Source of the DNA: Bugula neritina
Taxonomy: Eukaryota; Animalia; Bryozoa
Length of the DNA: 64,000 nucleotides
Reading direction: 5' to 3'
NCBI GenBank assembly: GCA_964035545.1
Contig: OZ037765.1
Span: 21,761,504-21,825,503, forward strand
Part shown: piece after piece, positions 24,770 through 39,325 of the stretch
How the letters are laid out: the number at the start of each line of letters is the position of its first letter
Position numbering within the stretch: the first letter of the stretch is position 1
Notes under the pieces: generated by a model
Told to the model about the DNA's origin: nothing
The model's input: the letters and a program-made list of their open reading frames with translations, nothing else
Databases searched by the model: none
Made by a program: the position numbers and the translations under genes

Positions 24770-26029
24770 ACTGTTGGTTTTGTTTAGAGTATTCCAAAAT
24801 TTTGTCTTTAGAATTTATAATTTCTTGTAAATTGTTATGTTCTATGTTCAAGTATCAATTGTTTTTTGTTGATGTTTTAATAATTTTAAAACTGGTTTGC
24901 TTTAATTTTAAAATTACTGGCTGGTTTCACTATGGTTAGTTGTTAGACAACTCAGTTTTTAAAAGTTGCATTTATATACAGAATTTTTTGTTTTATCTAC
25001 GCAGTTATATTTTGATATATTTTGGTAATGTGTTTATGTTGCTAGTCTACACTCTACAGGGTCTATATTTATAAGTATAATTATGTACTAGTATTATTTA
25101 CAAGTTATATTATATGTGTGTAATATTTGATTACAACTGTCCTACTGTTTATGCATATTAGTATATTTAAACATTTAAGTAGACAAGAGGGTGCTAAGTG
25201 CATCAATTCTAAATTTAATTGAATTATTTCTGTTTCTACAACCGGTGTAATCAGTAATGAACTGTTCATGCAAGTTTAATTTCCTTGGTAACATATTAAG
25301 CATACATTCTATCAATGCATAACCATTTTATTTATGAAGATTATGCAATTTTTCCTTGTGTTTAATGTGCATTCAACACAAGGTAGAAACTGGTACTCAG
25401 AAGTGTGTTTTAGTTTTTAGTATTCATAGTTTTATTACAATTTTGTGAAAATTCCTTTATTTACTAGATTTCTCCTTTTTGTTATGCACTGTGGAAACAG
25501 GTTTGAAGTCAACTGTTATTAATTTCTTACTATTTATATGCAATACATAGTAAATGTTCTAATAAATAAGTACGGATTTTAAATAAGCAATTCTTATTGC
25601 ATGTCAATGTAACCAGATTCTTGGTGTAAACACAAGTTTGAGAGCAAGTGATGCTATTCTGCTCTTTACTTATTGGTTACAAATACGTACATCCTTCTAT
25701 AGTCTGCCTGAACATGCACCCTAAAATAACGTGAGTGGTAATGATATTTTCGATTGTACCGCGGCATTTTTGCACGCAGCTTAGCGAATAGAATTAACAA
25801 CATTTTGATTTAATTTTTTAGGCAAAAATTGATTGGGACTAGAAGTATGTAAATGGCAATATCAATTTGAATAGGGCCAAGAAACGAACAAGAAAACCTG
25901 AAAAATCCTGCTACTATTGTTAATTTTAGTATCTATCAGTATCAGTATGGGTTTTTCTGCTCAACTGTAGGTTTTGGATTTCAATTTTACTTTGTCACTA
26001 ACTTTCACTTTGTGGTGAAATAATTTAAT

Positions 26030-26830
26030 AAAATTTGTAGTAGTACTACTACTAGTACTACTAGTAGTAGTACTAGTAGTAGTGACTAGTGTGACACTGA
26101 CTGAGTATGAGTATCTCAATCTGCCTCTAGGTCTGCACCTAAAACTGTGTTTATTTGGTAATCATAATTAATCATAATCATAATCATTATCATAATGACT
26201 ATGAGTCATACTGATAGTGATACTCGTACTCATAGTCACATTGATACTCATACTCATAGTGATACTGATAGTCATAGTGGTAGTACTAGGGCTAGTGATA
26301 GTGAAACTGAATGTAATATTTTACTGATAGTGATAATCATTTTCAATATTCATAATGATATTCTCATATTGATTATGATTATCATTATGATTATGATTAT
26401 GGTTGTGATAGTGACACTGATAGTGATAGTAAAAAAAATAATAGACTTAGTTCACCAAGTTGTACTTATACTTATAGTTATACTTATAGTAATAGACTAA
26501 GACTATAACTATAAGCATTAAGTATAACATTGACTATAAGTTAAATGTATAGTATTAGACTTAGTATTACTAATACTGTAAATGTAATACTAATAGTTAT
26601 AATAATACTAATAGTAATAGTATTACTATTAGTAGACTTAGTTAGTACTAGTATAGTACGGTTAAGTGAGGAAGAGGTAACGATAATCTTATAAAGTATT
26701 AGCTAATCATAAGATCAATTACTAATACTCATAGTAATTAGTGATTACAAACTTTTAGTATTACTATTACTGTAAGTATTTTAAATAGTAACTATCACAT
26801 TTAGTGCCCCTACTATCACTCGTGCTATTT
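26030..26830. repeat. Periodic TA/AT lattice upstream of CNOT10
   Basis: (tag/tac)n, aatcataatcataatc, actcatagtgatactgatagtcatagt and tactaatagtaatagtattactattagtag. It produces the spurious ORF 26195-26500. Confidence 0.85.
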
Positions 26831-27931
26831 GTAGCCATAGGGGTATTAAAAAGGTTTTTATAAACAGTAGTGCCAAACTCAGCTACAAAAAAATGTGAAT
26901 GTCACTATGAATATGAGGGATGATGAGCTATCAATGTATCATGTTCGTATTCATACAGTTACTCATAGCTTGAATACTAATCATGATAAAATATTGAAAA
27001 TTTCATAAAGAAGCACTTCAACATGAACGCAAGCAATTTTAATATTCTAAAATGACGAATTTGAGTTAAAGTGAAAAGAATTTTTTGTGCAGTAAGTACA
27101 GTCTTTTAGTAAATTTTCTAAAGAGTTGATTTGGCCTTGCCTTGAGTGAAAATTGCAATCAAACTAGATAAATTTGTTAGCTGGTAATAGTTCAAAAACT
27201 CACTAATCACACTAAATATAAACTTACTGATTGCTTAGCTATATTAGTAATGTTGCATATTATTTAATGATGTATTCTTCAAGGCACAGTGGATATGAGT
27301 CAGTCCTCGCTGAAATTGGTTTTACTAACATGTATAACAGTTATACTAGTGAACTGCTAGTTTATTGATTATTAACCAACAAATATCAAGCTAATTACTA
27401 TTTCTAAACTTTTTGGGCTACACTTTCTCTAAGCACTGCTACACTGGATAGAACTAGATTTTCTGCAAACATAAATTTGAAGCTTTATGCAAACTTTACA
27501 CCATTCCTCAACTTTTGAGCATATTATTCTCTTATACCTTGTCAAGTACTCAGAGACTACCCAAACTAATTTTTCCAGTTGGATTTGTTTAAATTTTTAT
27601 ATGTCAAAATCTTTCTGCCACTTAGCAACTTCTAAATCATCATTATTCTTGAGATCTATTGATTTTTGCTTCAACTTACAGATATGTATATCAAATAAAT
27701 AAAAACTAAAAATGGCATTTGAATTTTGAATGCATTATTTAAAGTTAAGTAGTGTGTTTTTGGACACGATATAATCTAATGTATAAGTACAAGTCGCTAG
27801 TTTTTATAAAAATCAGTAAATATAGATTGCAAATGTATTTTTACAGTAAATGTCAAGCCTTCTAAAGATACAATAAATTATATTATGTCGTTATCAATAA
27901 AATTAATTGTTTTTTTAAAACCATCTGACAG

Positions 27932-30900
27932 ATGGCAGATGATACAAGCACAGGTGCAGCTGACGATGCTACCGATAACACACCTGTGGTGCCTGCTGTC
28001 ACAGATCAAGAAAAGGATGTGGGGAATATGGTTGGTCATTTTTAGCAATTCAAATATTGTGTATGAACATTTAGCACCTGATATTTTATTTTCATTAATT
28101 ATAAATTTTATAATCTGAAAAAAATTCTGTCAAGCTTCAACTGTGATGTTTATTATGTTTATAGTCTGGCACAATTATCAAGTGTTTTCTAGGCAAGGAC
28201 AGAGTTTGAAAAACGCCAATGGGATGGATGTCTGAAATTTCTTGACAGGCTGGTTTCTGTTCGACCCACAGACCCGAAGGTTATTCACAATAAATGTGTC
28301 ACTGAGTATTATCAGTCTGGACTTCGCAGTACAGATGAATTCTTAATAAATCTTGCTAAAGTTTGTGAATTGGTAAGAATAACATAGCATGGCTATTCAT
28401 TTCATTTTGCAAGCCCTTCTGTTTGTTGTTTTCCAGGAAACATTAATACTAATTGACATGTTTTTAAAAGAATGTTATAGAAAATTTCTGTGATTTAATC
28501 ATTTCTATTAACCTCTGACATTGACTTAACTCTACCTAACTAATGAATAAATACTTAAATTAGTAACATTTATGTTGACTAAAATGTCACTAACTTAAAA
28601 CAATAAAGGATTATATTACAGTGAGATTAAGACTGTGATGCATGTTTGTTTATTAAGAATTTACTGTGTGATGTTTTCAGTACCAGTTTGCCAATGTTTG
28701 CTTATTGGTTTATTTTAGGCTCAAGTGAATATGGCAGACATTGACTCACTAGATGATGTTGATCATTGTATTGTATATTATAACCAAGCGGTAGTTAACT
28801 ACCATACCAGAAACTTTGGCAAAGCTCTCACCATCACAGAAAAACTTTACACATTTCTAGAGCCTCTGGGTTAGTGAGCAACAGTTTTATTAGCAGAGGA
28901 TGTAAAATTAAAAAATAAATCATTGTATAATAAGTTATGGCGGAAAATATTACGAATATATGGTATTTTCGCAGATGAATCTCTTAGTAAAAGGGTTATG
29001 TGTTTATTGGCTGAGCTTTACCTGCGTACACTACAGCCAGAAAAAGCTATCGCAATAATTAATGGCCTAGAAAAAGTTATATTTGCCAAGAAAGAAGGTT
29101 CTGACGATGCCAATACGGACAACTCTATTTCGGAAAAGCAATCTGAGCTTTGGAAGTTAAAGCTAAGCCAAGTTAGTCGTTTATAAATTTTATAAAATAA
29201 TATTTTGGATTTGGTCATAGTTGTGTCAAAAGTTGGTTGTACACTGTAATCTTGATGAGAATAAAATTTGTTTGTAATTTGAATATTTTGTTTTGAATAT
29301 TTGACAGTCTTTGGACGTTTCATGCCTAAGTTTTGTCTACTTTTACTGCATTTATTGAGAATGCTTTGTGTTGGAGTGTTGCTTACTTGCAATATGTTGA
29401 TTATGGTCTTTTAAGTTTATATCACTATTTTCTGGTAATATTTGCTGTTTTAGTATAAAGTACAAAGCCTGCTGATGTCTAGGTCGATGAAGTATTGTAA
29501 AAGAGAGCTTAAAGGTGTGCCCAGTTCAACTAATGTAAGTATTTTATATTGTAGATGCATATTGTTGGCTCTTTGCTGATGCTAGAGCATTATGATGACT
29601 TCAAATGGGTTTATAGTTCATTCAGCATATTTATAGTATGTCTTAAATGCATTATGCTGTTATTAGTGTAAGGTTTGACCTTAATAATGTTTTCAGGACC
29701 AATGCTCTATCTATGTGCGAGCCAACTACGAATATTTAAGAGGAAACTTCCAAAAGGCAATGAGAATTCTCAACACTCTTCCTCCACCCTCCAAGTAAAC
29801 CTCTTATATAATAGTATACCTGCATGTACCTTGTGCACTACGTTTCTACAGTTCGAATGGATTCTTTTTCAGGTTACATTGAATAAAAAAAATTGTACGT
29901 TTTTATTACATAATAAAATAAAACTTTTACTTAATCAGCCCTTAATTCTGCCAGTCATCAACGCAATTGTCTTGTGTCTTAGTGTAAACAAACATGGCCA
30001 GCATTGGTTCAGTTTTTATTTTATGTTTTAGTTTCGGTGCACTCACTCTGACTTGGTATTTGCTGAATTTAATTTATTAGACGTAAAAGCCCAGAGTTGC
30101 ACATGTTATTGATAAATTTAATAGAAAATGAACCAATTACAGCCTGAGTTATTTTCTGATGCATAAAATGAAGAGTTTTTTTGTATCAATTTAAAAAATG
30201 AAAATAACTGTCAATTTATTTTAAACATTGTTTTGCTTTAGCCTACACAAAAATTATATGAAATCAAGATTCACAGTAATTATTTGAAATAATAGCAGCT
30301 AGGAGAAAAAATTATTATATTAGTTCTTTGTTAATTCTACTACATTCCAAATATTTTTATAACTTTTAAGAGATGCTTTTAATTATTGTTTACAAATTTG
30401 TAAGTATTTTCGGTCACAACTGCTGATCCTTGTCTCCAATGCAAAAAGTTTCACTCGACTATGATTTAATGACAAATCCATTCATATAAGTAGAATTTTG
30501 GAAACGCAGTAAAATGAATAATAGTGCAGCATGGCTCAAGTTTTTAGAGTATAATATATAGTTGAATAGACAAATTGGTTGTAGGCTATATTCTCTTTTA
30601 GCAAATTTTGACCTAAACATTAATATAGAAACTATTTATGTGCCTAAAGCATTGAAATATATTTTTGTAGATTTTAAATTTTCATAAAATGGACTAAAAT
30701 TCTAAACTGCATGTAATATGTGTACAGCGACATGTAAGTCTTTTACAGATTTCTAGTTAGAGTTATGTTTTTGTAGCCCAAAGAAGCTGACTGATGTATC
30801 ATCTGTTCTGTATTATAATAATCTCGCCTGCATTCACATGATGCTGCAGAAACACAGTCTCGGTTCTTTTTACTTCAAGAAGGCTATTACAGAGAACGAG

Positions 30901-33900
30901 CATCTTGGAAAAGAGCTCAAACTGGACTCGCTGGGTTGATATATTCATTTATTAAAGATAAAAATTGCTTTATACACTATGGCTCAACAAGTATATTACT
31001 TGATGGAGTAACATTTTCACGTTGTTACTAAAGTAAAAAAAATGATTTTTCATGTTTCAATGACATGTGCATATTTCAGGTCACGGTATATCAGGGAAGC
31101 CTCTGTTTGTGCTGCCAATGAGCAGACATTTTGAGTTGCTGTACAACACCGGCATCCAACTCCTGCATTGCGGTAATTCACTGTCAGCATTCGACTGTTT
31201 GGTTGAGGCGGTGAAGGTCTACTCCTCCAACCCAAGGCTCTGGCTCAGATTAGCTGAGTGTTGTATTATGCACCATAAGAAGGTACAAAGTGGCATCTTT
31301 TGTGAATATTTGTAGAATACAAAAGTTTTTCTTTTAAACATCTGTTGCCTAACAATTTCTTTTATTATTAGAAAGATTGAAAGTCATTAATTCTAACCAG
31401 CATAATGTGTTTGTACACTGTAAAATACAACCTATTAGATATGAAGACAGAATGCCTTCAACTAATGATTCCTATTTTTTTTTCCATCCTACCTAGTCTT
31501 GGCATTAGCTGTGTTGATATTTTCTAGAATAATGACAATGACAGAACTTTGGAGAAGAGACTTCGCGTAATACATGATGTCATCGGTTCTGGGCTGAATA
31601 GAAAAATCATACTTGGAAATGGAAAAGGAGAAATTAGGCCATGGTATATCTACTATATTCAATACTTATTTAACCTATTCTTACAACAAGTGTAATATTT
31701 ATTATGTAATTCACGATGATGCTTTAGTACTGCTACATTAAGAATTTCAAAAACCTTTAATACTTTCATGTTTGTTTTTTTGGCGTAAATATAAACACTG
31801 CACTCTCCTCATGTAAGTAACAAAATTGCTGTCAGAGTTTAGAAGTTGTTTTCTCTTAAACAGCGCTGAGTCCGCAGCTATGCCAGCCGCCACTTTGGAG
31901 TTTGCTGCCCTTTGTCTAACCAATGCTCTTCAGTTGTTGGACAATGCTGAGAGTCTTGCCACGCAGAAATTAAAGGAAGAATTAGGAGAAAATGCGAATA
32001 GCAACATTTCAGAGAAGATTCTAGTACCTGCTCCACCCAGTTTGCCTATGAAGGCTTATGAAGTCTCTCAACTTAGGTTAGCATTGTTCACTACTTTTTA
32101 TATAATATGTTGTATAATAGGGTCTTGTTTTACAGTTATTGCACTCAATTTTCAATATTATGCTGTTTAAATTTTTTTCGCAATCAAGAGTGCTTTTTTG
32201 TATTAAAATGCTTTATTGTTTTGATAATCGAGCTAATTAAACAGAGTTGGTAAGTTTGTATATAATTATTATGAGTTGGTGCTTGCATATTTTAAGATCC
32301 TCAGATATTCCTCGACCCTCCTAGATCTACTGAGGACTCTAGCAACTCCCAACAGATTTCATGAGAAACAAGTTTTCATCTCCTGTGCCACCCACCTGGC
32401 CGTACAGCACAGGTGCTCCTTGCCAGGCTGATGGTTTCTGCAGGGGTTCACAACTCACTGTATGTTATTTCTCTATCAGGATTATTCTATGCTGCAGGTG
32501 CTCGATTCTAGCCAACAGCGCCTACGTCTCCCTCCTACTTGATGACTACACGATGGCCTTGCAATTCTCCGAGTCTCTCTTAGCCCAGGATCACCTGTCA
32601 GCCGCCCACAAGTGAGTTCACCCTCTGTGTGTGTAGAGTATGTTGCATAGCACTGGAGATCTGAAATGGTGAACATAGATATACGTAAATACGTTATACT
32701 TCATGTGTAGGTTATAGTTACTTAAATGGAAGAGCATTATTTCATCCAAACTATTTAATTTAAATAAATCAGCAATAATTAAATCATAGAAATTGAATAA
32801 CATACAACTGTAGCTATGCTGTAGCTATGCTGTAGCTATGCTGTAGCTATGCTGTAGCTATGCTGTATATATGCTGTATATATGCTGCAGCTATGCTGCA
32901 GCTATGCTGCAGCTATGCTGCAGCTATGCTGCAGCTATGCGCATACAATAAATGTGTGTATATATCATTTCAACGTAAAAGTAATCTGCATTTGTATGTA
33001 ATTGTTAGAGCCTACTAAATTAGTTATTGTATTATTAGCCAACACTTGACTATCATTTCTAAAATATCATAAACACAAGAATCTTAATTTTTTAAGCAAA
33101 ATATTTGAAAAGTTTCAAAGTTAGATCACTAAGTCCATATCACTGACTGTCTCACGTCACCATATTTTGCTCGAATCATATTACCAAAATTTAATTTATT
33201 TAATGTTTAAGTTGGGAATGTAAGGAGAGACAAGTAAGGCATTATTTTTAAAGTTGAAAGCTCCCCTGATGCAACAGATCTGGTATGCTCTATTATTAAA
33301 TCAGTGACTATTGATTGTTCAGATTTGGATCTAGTCAAACTGCACAGTATAGGTGTTAGAAAAATAAGCTGACATTCGGTGCATGAGAGATTAGCTTACT
33401 CTTTTACAATTAGCTCTCAGGAAATATAATATAGCATGATGGAAGCATAAAGCTAGCTTGTAGCTCTTCTAATCTAATTAGTCATTTATTTAATAATACA
33501 ATAAGTTGTTGTGGGAACCACCTTTATACTGGCAGAACACTCACAATGGAATTGGCATATATTACAACAAAGAATTGATCACTTTTATTCTTAGTTTTCT
33601 CTACCTATGTGATATTCGATCATAATGATAGCATGGAAGTACCTTGCAATCAAATTCTTTATATTTGGAAACATCTTCATAATGATTATTGTCTTATATC
33701 ACCTAGAATTTGTTGAACTGTTTGAAAGCTAAGACTTATTAATTTTAACCCACGGTTGCTCTGAAAAGAAGTGAACGAGATATTCTGCACAATGTGTTAA
33801 CATGAGATTTGCCCTTATTTGATGAGAATTTGTGTTTCTGGGGAAAACATATTTTTTCCCAAATTGAATAAATCTTGATTTTTTGTTCATGTATGTGTCA

Positions 33901-36900
33901 GGCAATAAAAAACATGTAATAAGTGTACATGTGAAAAGGTGTGTGATCTAAAATACATTAACAGAAAGCTGTCTGCTTATGGATAAATATATTTTTCTGG
34001 AAGTTAAATGGTTGTTAATTTCTGTGTGAAACTGGTAATGGATGTCACTTGTTCAACATCTCATTTCATGTGATAAGCTACTTGTCATGTGGTGATGTTG
34101 TTTAGATGTTTTGTTTATATTTTCAGTCAAAAGACAACCAGAATAATGTAAATTTTAAAATGACTTAACCAATATTTGTGTCGTGTTTTATCAGCAGAAA
34201 ACACCAGCTGCTGCTACTTGTACGACTTTAAACAAACTTGTGAATTATTCAAATAGTTATTGTTATAAACTATGTATTTGTTAGACACTTAAGTTTAATA
34301 TTAAGTCATATATGGCCACAGTTAGTTTTATTGACTAAAATGTAGAACATTTATCTCCGTTGCTGGAGCCTCCAGTTGTACAACACGAAATCTAAATTCA
34401 AGTCATTGATATTGATATTTTTCCAATAATTTAGGCATACTGTTGTACAGTGGTTAATCTGTCGACATGTTACTAATGATCCAATTGATCAAACTGATAC
34501 ATTCTAATTTTGTTATTTAAAATGACTGCTGCTTTTGCTATTTCTACTGAACACATAATCTGTAAGAAACTGGCAGTTATTAAAATATAATGATTTTCTC
34601 CTAATAAGCAGACTATATAAAACACTCTCACATTTAGTTAGTAGTTATTCATTGTTGCCGCAGATACCTTGCTCATATGTATATGGCTGAGGCCCAAGTC
34701 TACTTGGACAGAGTTGCTGACGCTATCCGTAATCTTAATGTTGATAGCATCACTGACATCTCCGTGAGCTCACCTGATGTCAAAACTGACCAAGGTAAGA
34801 AATAATGCATTTCTGCAATTGGTAAATGTAAAAATCCAGTTGCTTTCAGATTGAATTCAGTATGTTTTTGCAGCATAGTAAATGGCCAGTATAACATTTC
34901 ATTCAAGTGTTAGACATCAATTTAGCTTGGTAGTGCCAATTAGCAAATAACACTTGAAATTTAATTAATATTGGTCTTGTGGCTGAGTGGATGGATGCAG
35001 TCAGAAAGTTGTTCAACATATTAAGTTTTGTTTCATTAGTCGCTTTCTGGTAGCATTTATTATCAAATAATTTTCTAATTTGATGAAAATTAAAAGTGCT
35101 GTAAATTTAATATAGCAATCTTTCCAGCAGTGGATGCTGTGTTGGCACTCGCACCTGTGTAGCCTGTAGTTATTGACTTTGATTTAGCCCTTCAGGCTAG
35201 TTGTACATCCCGAATGTCTAACTGCCCTTTACATTGACATGTTCTTCAATTAATTGGATTTGGGTGGATCAATTAGTCAAGTGTGAATTTAGCAGCTAAT
35301 GGTTATCTTTTGAAAGCTCTTTGCTGACCAAAAGATGATGTTAATGCATCTATAAACCTATAAGAGCAGAAAATCATGAATTCAGTCATGAAATATTATT
35401 ATGTATATAAATTACTTTTAGAGAATCTTTAGAAGGCTATTAGTAAGAGAAAAGTTGGCAAATTTCTGAGATTTATTGATATTATTTTAGATAAAGAGCA
35501 GATGGAAGGAGCAGAGTATCATGGTAAGTACTGGTTATGCTCTCCTTTTTCTAACCTTACAATTTCCGGCTATCCATTAATTTTTATTTGTAATGCAGTA
35601 ATTCCATAGACAAATAGTTGGAGGGTGGTAACTCTTCACTTATACTATTTGACGGATTTTTTTCTTATGCTTATTTTTCTATATACTTACTTTTTGATAC
35701 CTATTTTGCTACTCTACTCTACTAATTAGCCTGTAAGTTGATAGTGTATTACAGGTAGTAGTTATCAGTATGTTATCTACGATACATGTAGTTATGTAGT
35801 AAGCTGCAAAATTAATATAGTTATAGAAGGTTTGAGTAATTTGGGAAACAGTCGAGGTTTATAATATTGAATTTACAGCTAGTATCACTTGCTCACAGCT
35901 TCTTGCAAACAATTAACTGTAAAATAGTTCCATAGTAATCAAGATGCTTTAGATTCCAGCAAATAACTCTTTTCTAGCTTAGTTCTGCACTTAAAAAGCC
36001 CACTGTATCATAATAGTTGCTAAAATATTTGAGTTTTATTTTATTCAATATACTTATTTGTAATAGAAATTTTGCAGTACTGATAGCTGTTGCTCATAAT
36101 TTAATTTTCTCAATTATTTCCTGTCCTCAAAGTTACTTTCTACAGACTTGTTTTGCTCTCATACTTAATGGCTATCTCAAGGTGACGCCATAATGGCTAT
36201 CTCAAGACTTAACACTTTACCCATACCCATTTTGGTGCTATAGAATTTTATTAAACTTTGTATAATTTTAAAAATATTCTATTGTAATTTTTTATCTTGA
36301 AAGACAAGTAAAAATGAATACACTGTTTGGGAAGGGAGTCTTGAAGAAAATATAAGATATAATACAAACTTGAGATTGAAAATGAAGTGTGCAGTCTATA
36401 CTAGGGTGATATTTCTTAATTTAAATTAGCTTTGCTCTACATGATCAATTATAATTTAGTTGACTGGCCATTTGTTTTTAATAGTGTACCATAAAAGGGA
36501 TAAAACTTCTGCATGAAATTACCAAATAAAATACACTTGAACTTTTTTTGAATAATTGAAATATGTCTTGACTCGAATAATGCAAGATTGAAAATAGCTT
36601 TATAGGTGTATTACAGTGTAGCAAAACCCTGGAGGTTAAACTACTCGAAGATAGTTGCACTCACAGTAAATACAAGTAGACTTGAAAACAGTTTCTCTAT
36701 TGATCAAAAAAATGTTTAGTTTATTTACAGTGTGCAATATTCTTTCTTCACGCTTGAGGTGTGATAATTATATTAACTCTTGACATTTTGCTAGCATCAC
36801 TATTAATATAACTTAGTTGCATGTTACAATCGTGGTATAACTAGCAATGCAGCCAGATTGCTGCACTTTTGCTAAGGAAAAATATTATGTGCAATTTACT

Positions 36901-39325
36901 AATGGTAGAGTATTTAAAATAATAATTTATAATTTTCAAATCAATTGTATAATATTAATCTGCTGAATATCTGGTAATTTTACCATACCTATATTGGTTA
37001 TACTGCATTCTCAGAGTGTACGGCAGACAGATAAACAGCTGCAGGTGTTGATCTCCAGCTAATAGTGGGTGGGTGAGAGAAGTTCTGTCTGATAGAGTTA
37101 TGTAACAATAACAATAATACCACAAAAGGCTTCAACTTTTAGCCAGTGACTAATCTTTGTTTATTTGTAAAGTTTGCGGTTTGATTTTTATGCCACTAAT
37201 TTATCTTTAACTACTGTGCATTAGTTTATTAGCCAGTATTGGTCAAAAACAACAAAGTTTCTACTCATACATTATGTAATTTTTCTCTGTGACTATTTTC
37301 ACTAAATTAGAAAACCAAACTGTAGAGTTGCTCAAGAAAAAATAAATAAATTTCTGTTTTGTTATTGAATAATTTATTCTACGACTTAAAATGTTGAATT
37401 TAGTAAGCCTGTGTAACAAGATGAAGAGTGGGAACTGTGAAGTTTATTAGAAAGCTTACTTTTAGAGAATCGGTATTTCCACCAGAGCAGTGTTTTTATG
37501 CTGACTCAATTAAATGTTTAAATTAAATATTCAAAATTGGATTGTATGCCTAAAACACCATTTTATTGAGTCGCAATTTATGTTGGCGTATTTCAACTGT
37601 CCTCAATATGTTATTTTGTCCCAGAGTGAAACAAAGCCTAGGGAGATAAATGTTAACTTGCTGCACCCAAATCAAAATATTTTTTATGTCAGATATTTTT
37701 GTATGGGCTCATTGAGGTAAATACCTAATTGCCTGAATTTATGAAATAATGATGATCTATGTAAAGTGAAATGCTAGTTGTTGTAGATGCGATATTTGCT
37801 GCACACTAATTAGAAATGGAAATATTTTTTGTTTACTAAAGCTAGTTGATGTTGATATGAAGAATAGTGTGAACATCAAGGTGTTTATATTCCAGTATCT
37901 TATGTTTATACCCTAATGGGGATTTGAGCTGGAGAATTCCTTTTCAATAGCTTGTGAAGACTCTCCATTGTAAACTTGTAATCAATCTTTATCCACTTAA
38001 AATACTAACAGCTAGAACCATTATATCATATTGGGGCAGTAATATCCCCTACATCTATCATTAATAAGTATACCTACAGTAATTATAATGGCACAGATTA
38101 GTTAACCTAATCATTGTGGTCAATGTTGTATTCCCAGATCCTATGACCAGGTATTTCTGGTTTATGTCACTATGTTTACTTGTAATGTGAATGGATATGT
38201 TTATGTTTACAGCAAATCTCACTTCATGGATTCCTGGAGACGTGCCCAAAGCTATGGCATTCATGCAGTACAACCTCGCAGTCTGTTACGCCACCCGGGG
38301 AGAGTTCCAGAGATCTGGGGATACCCTAAACATGGTAGTACTATTATTTTAGATATTTGATCTATTATGGTTATGTTATATTTTAGAGTTAGAATAATTA
38401 TTCTGTATGTATAATTATACTAATTTTGTTGTGTTTGCAAGTATGGAGATGTCCAGAGGAAACTTGATGCTTAAGTCTTTGAATTATAATAAAAATACGT
38501 ATCATTCTTTTGTATTCTTTTAGTGCCTTCAGAATATTGGAACTCCATTGCCTGTTCATTTCTACTTCCTGAGACTCTATCTGGACTTGGTCGTTGGTAA
38601 TTTATTAAGACTGTTTTTTTGTAGCGTTCAGTGATTTGTTTTGCACAAACATTTTTTTGTGTAAATCTATGTTGGCAATGACAAGATGATGGTTCATATA
38701 AATTTCAATAAGCTAGAAATCTAATGCGGGTTCAGGAGTTTTGTTCAATTTTTTGTTAAACAGTTTTCTGATAAGGCATAGGCCTGTATGTGAAATGCCA
38801 ACATGCACTGTCCTTTGAATTTTTGCACTGCTGTGCTAAAATTTGGGCAATTAGCTCCTACAGGGTCTCAAAGTAAGACTTCTGTATTATTGTAAGATTT
38901 ATTTTAAAATATATTATTATTTTTGCTGGCTAACTGGTGAGAATACCTGTTGTGAGATGGCTGTACAGCAGTGCTGATGGCAATGAATACTCTAAGATAT
39001 CTACTGTCCCTCTCAATAGGCTTTGTATTCCCTTGAATTACTCCCCAGCTGTGAATATAATTCAATAATCTACCTTCAAGCAACATCAAAATGAATCTGC
39101 GTTATCCCATGTAGTTTTTTTTTTCTAGTGATTATATGCGTAATGTCTATAGGGTATTTTACTACACTGCATTACTAATGTAATGATATAATAGTGCTGA
39201 GTAAGATGCTAGGTACGTGAGAATTTTATGTTCATGCGTCCTGTTTTATTTATTCAGGCAACAGGATGATTGCACAGGGAATAATCAAAGAACATTTCGG
39301 TCATGTGACCCCAAACAGGGTCTAA
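27932..39325 (+). CDS. CNOT10: CCR4-NOT transcription complex subunit 10, multi-exon
   Basis: ATG 27932 (MADDTS..VTDQEKD); DPKVIHNK...[44 protein letters not shown]...[58 protein letters not shown]. The last exon 39258-39325 ends HVTPNRV*. Confidence 0.93.
32290..32460 (-). mobile_element. Possible decayed 3' fragment of a non-LTR retrotransposon in a CNOT10 intron
   Basis: GC-richer patch. The minus strand reads, with an indel, [12 protein letters not shown], reminiscent of the QKS.LLGTARILRR C-terminus of RLE-type LINEs. Weak match only. Confidence 0.25.
32808..32939. repeat. 11-bp minisatellite, 12 units
   Basis: (ctgtagctatg)x5 (ctgtatatatg)x2 (ctgcagctatg)x5. Confidence 0.97.
33250..34430 (+). 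pseudogene. Possible heavily decayed hAT-type transposase fossil in a CNOT10 intron
   Basis: Fragments read across stops and indels: [42 protein letters not shown] (cf. C.AH.L.L), and LI/KSYM...IDID near the end (cf. hATC). Confidence 0.3.

Noticed and set aside
32808-32939. CRISPR-like array
   Set aside because: Contiguous 11-mers with no spacers, in a eukaryotic intron.
37014-37075. Extra CNOT10 micro-exon or poison exon
   Set aside because: AG/GT sites exist, but flanking exons already join in frame and there is no homology support. It cannot be judged without RNA data.
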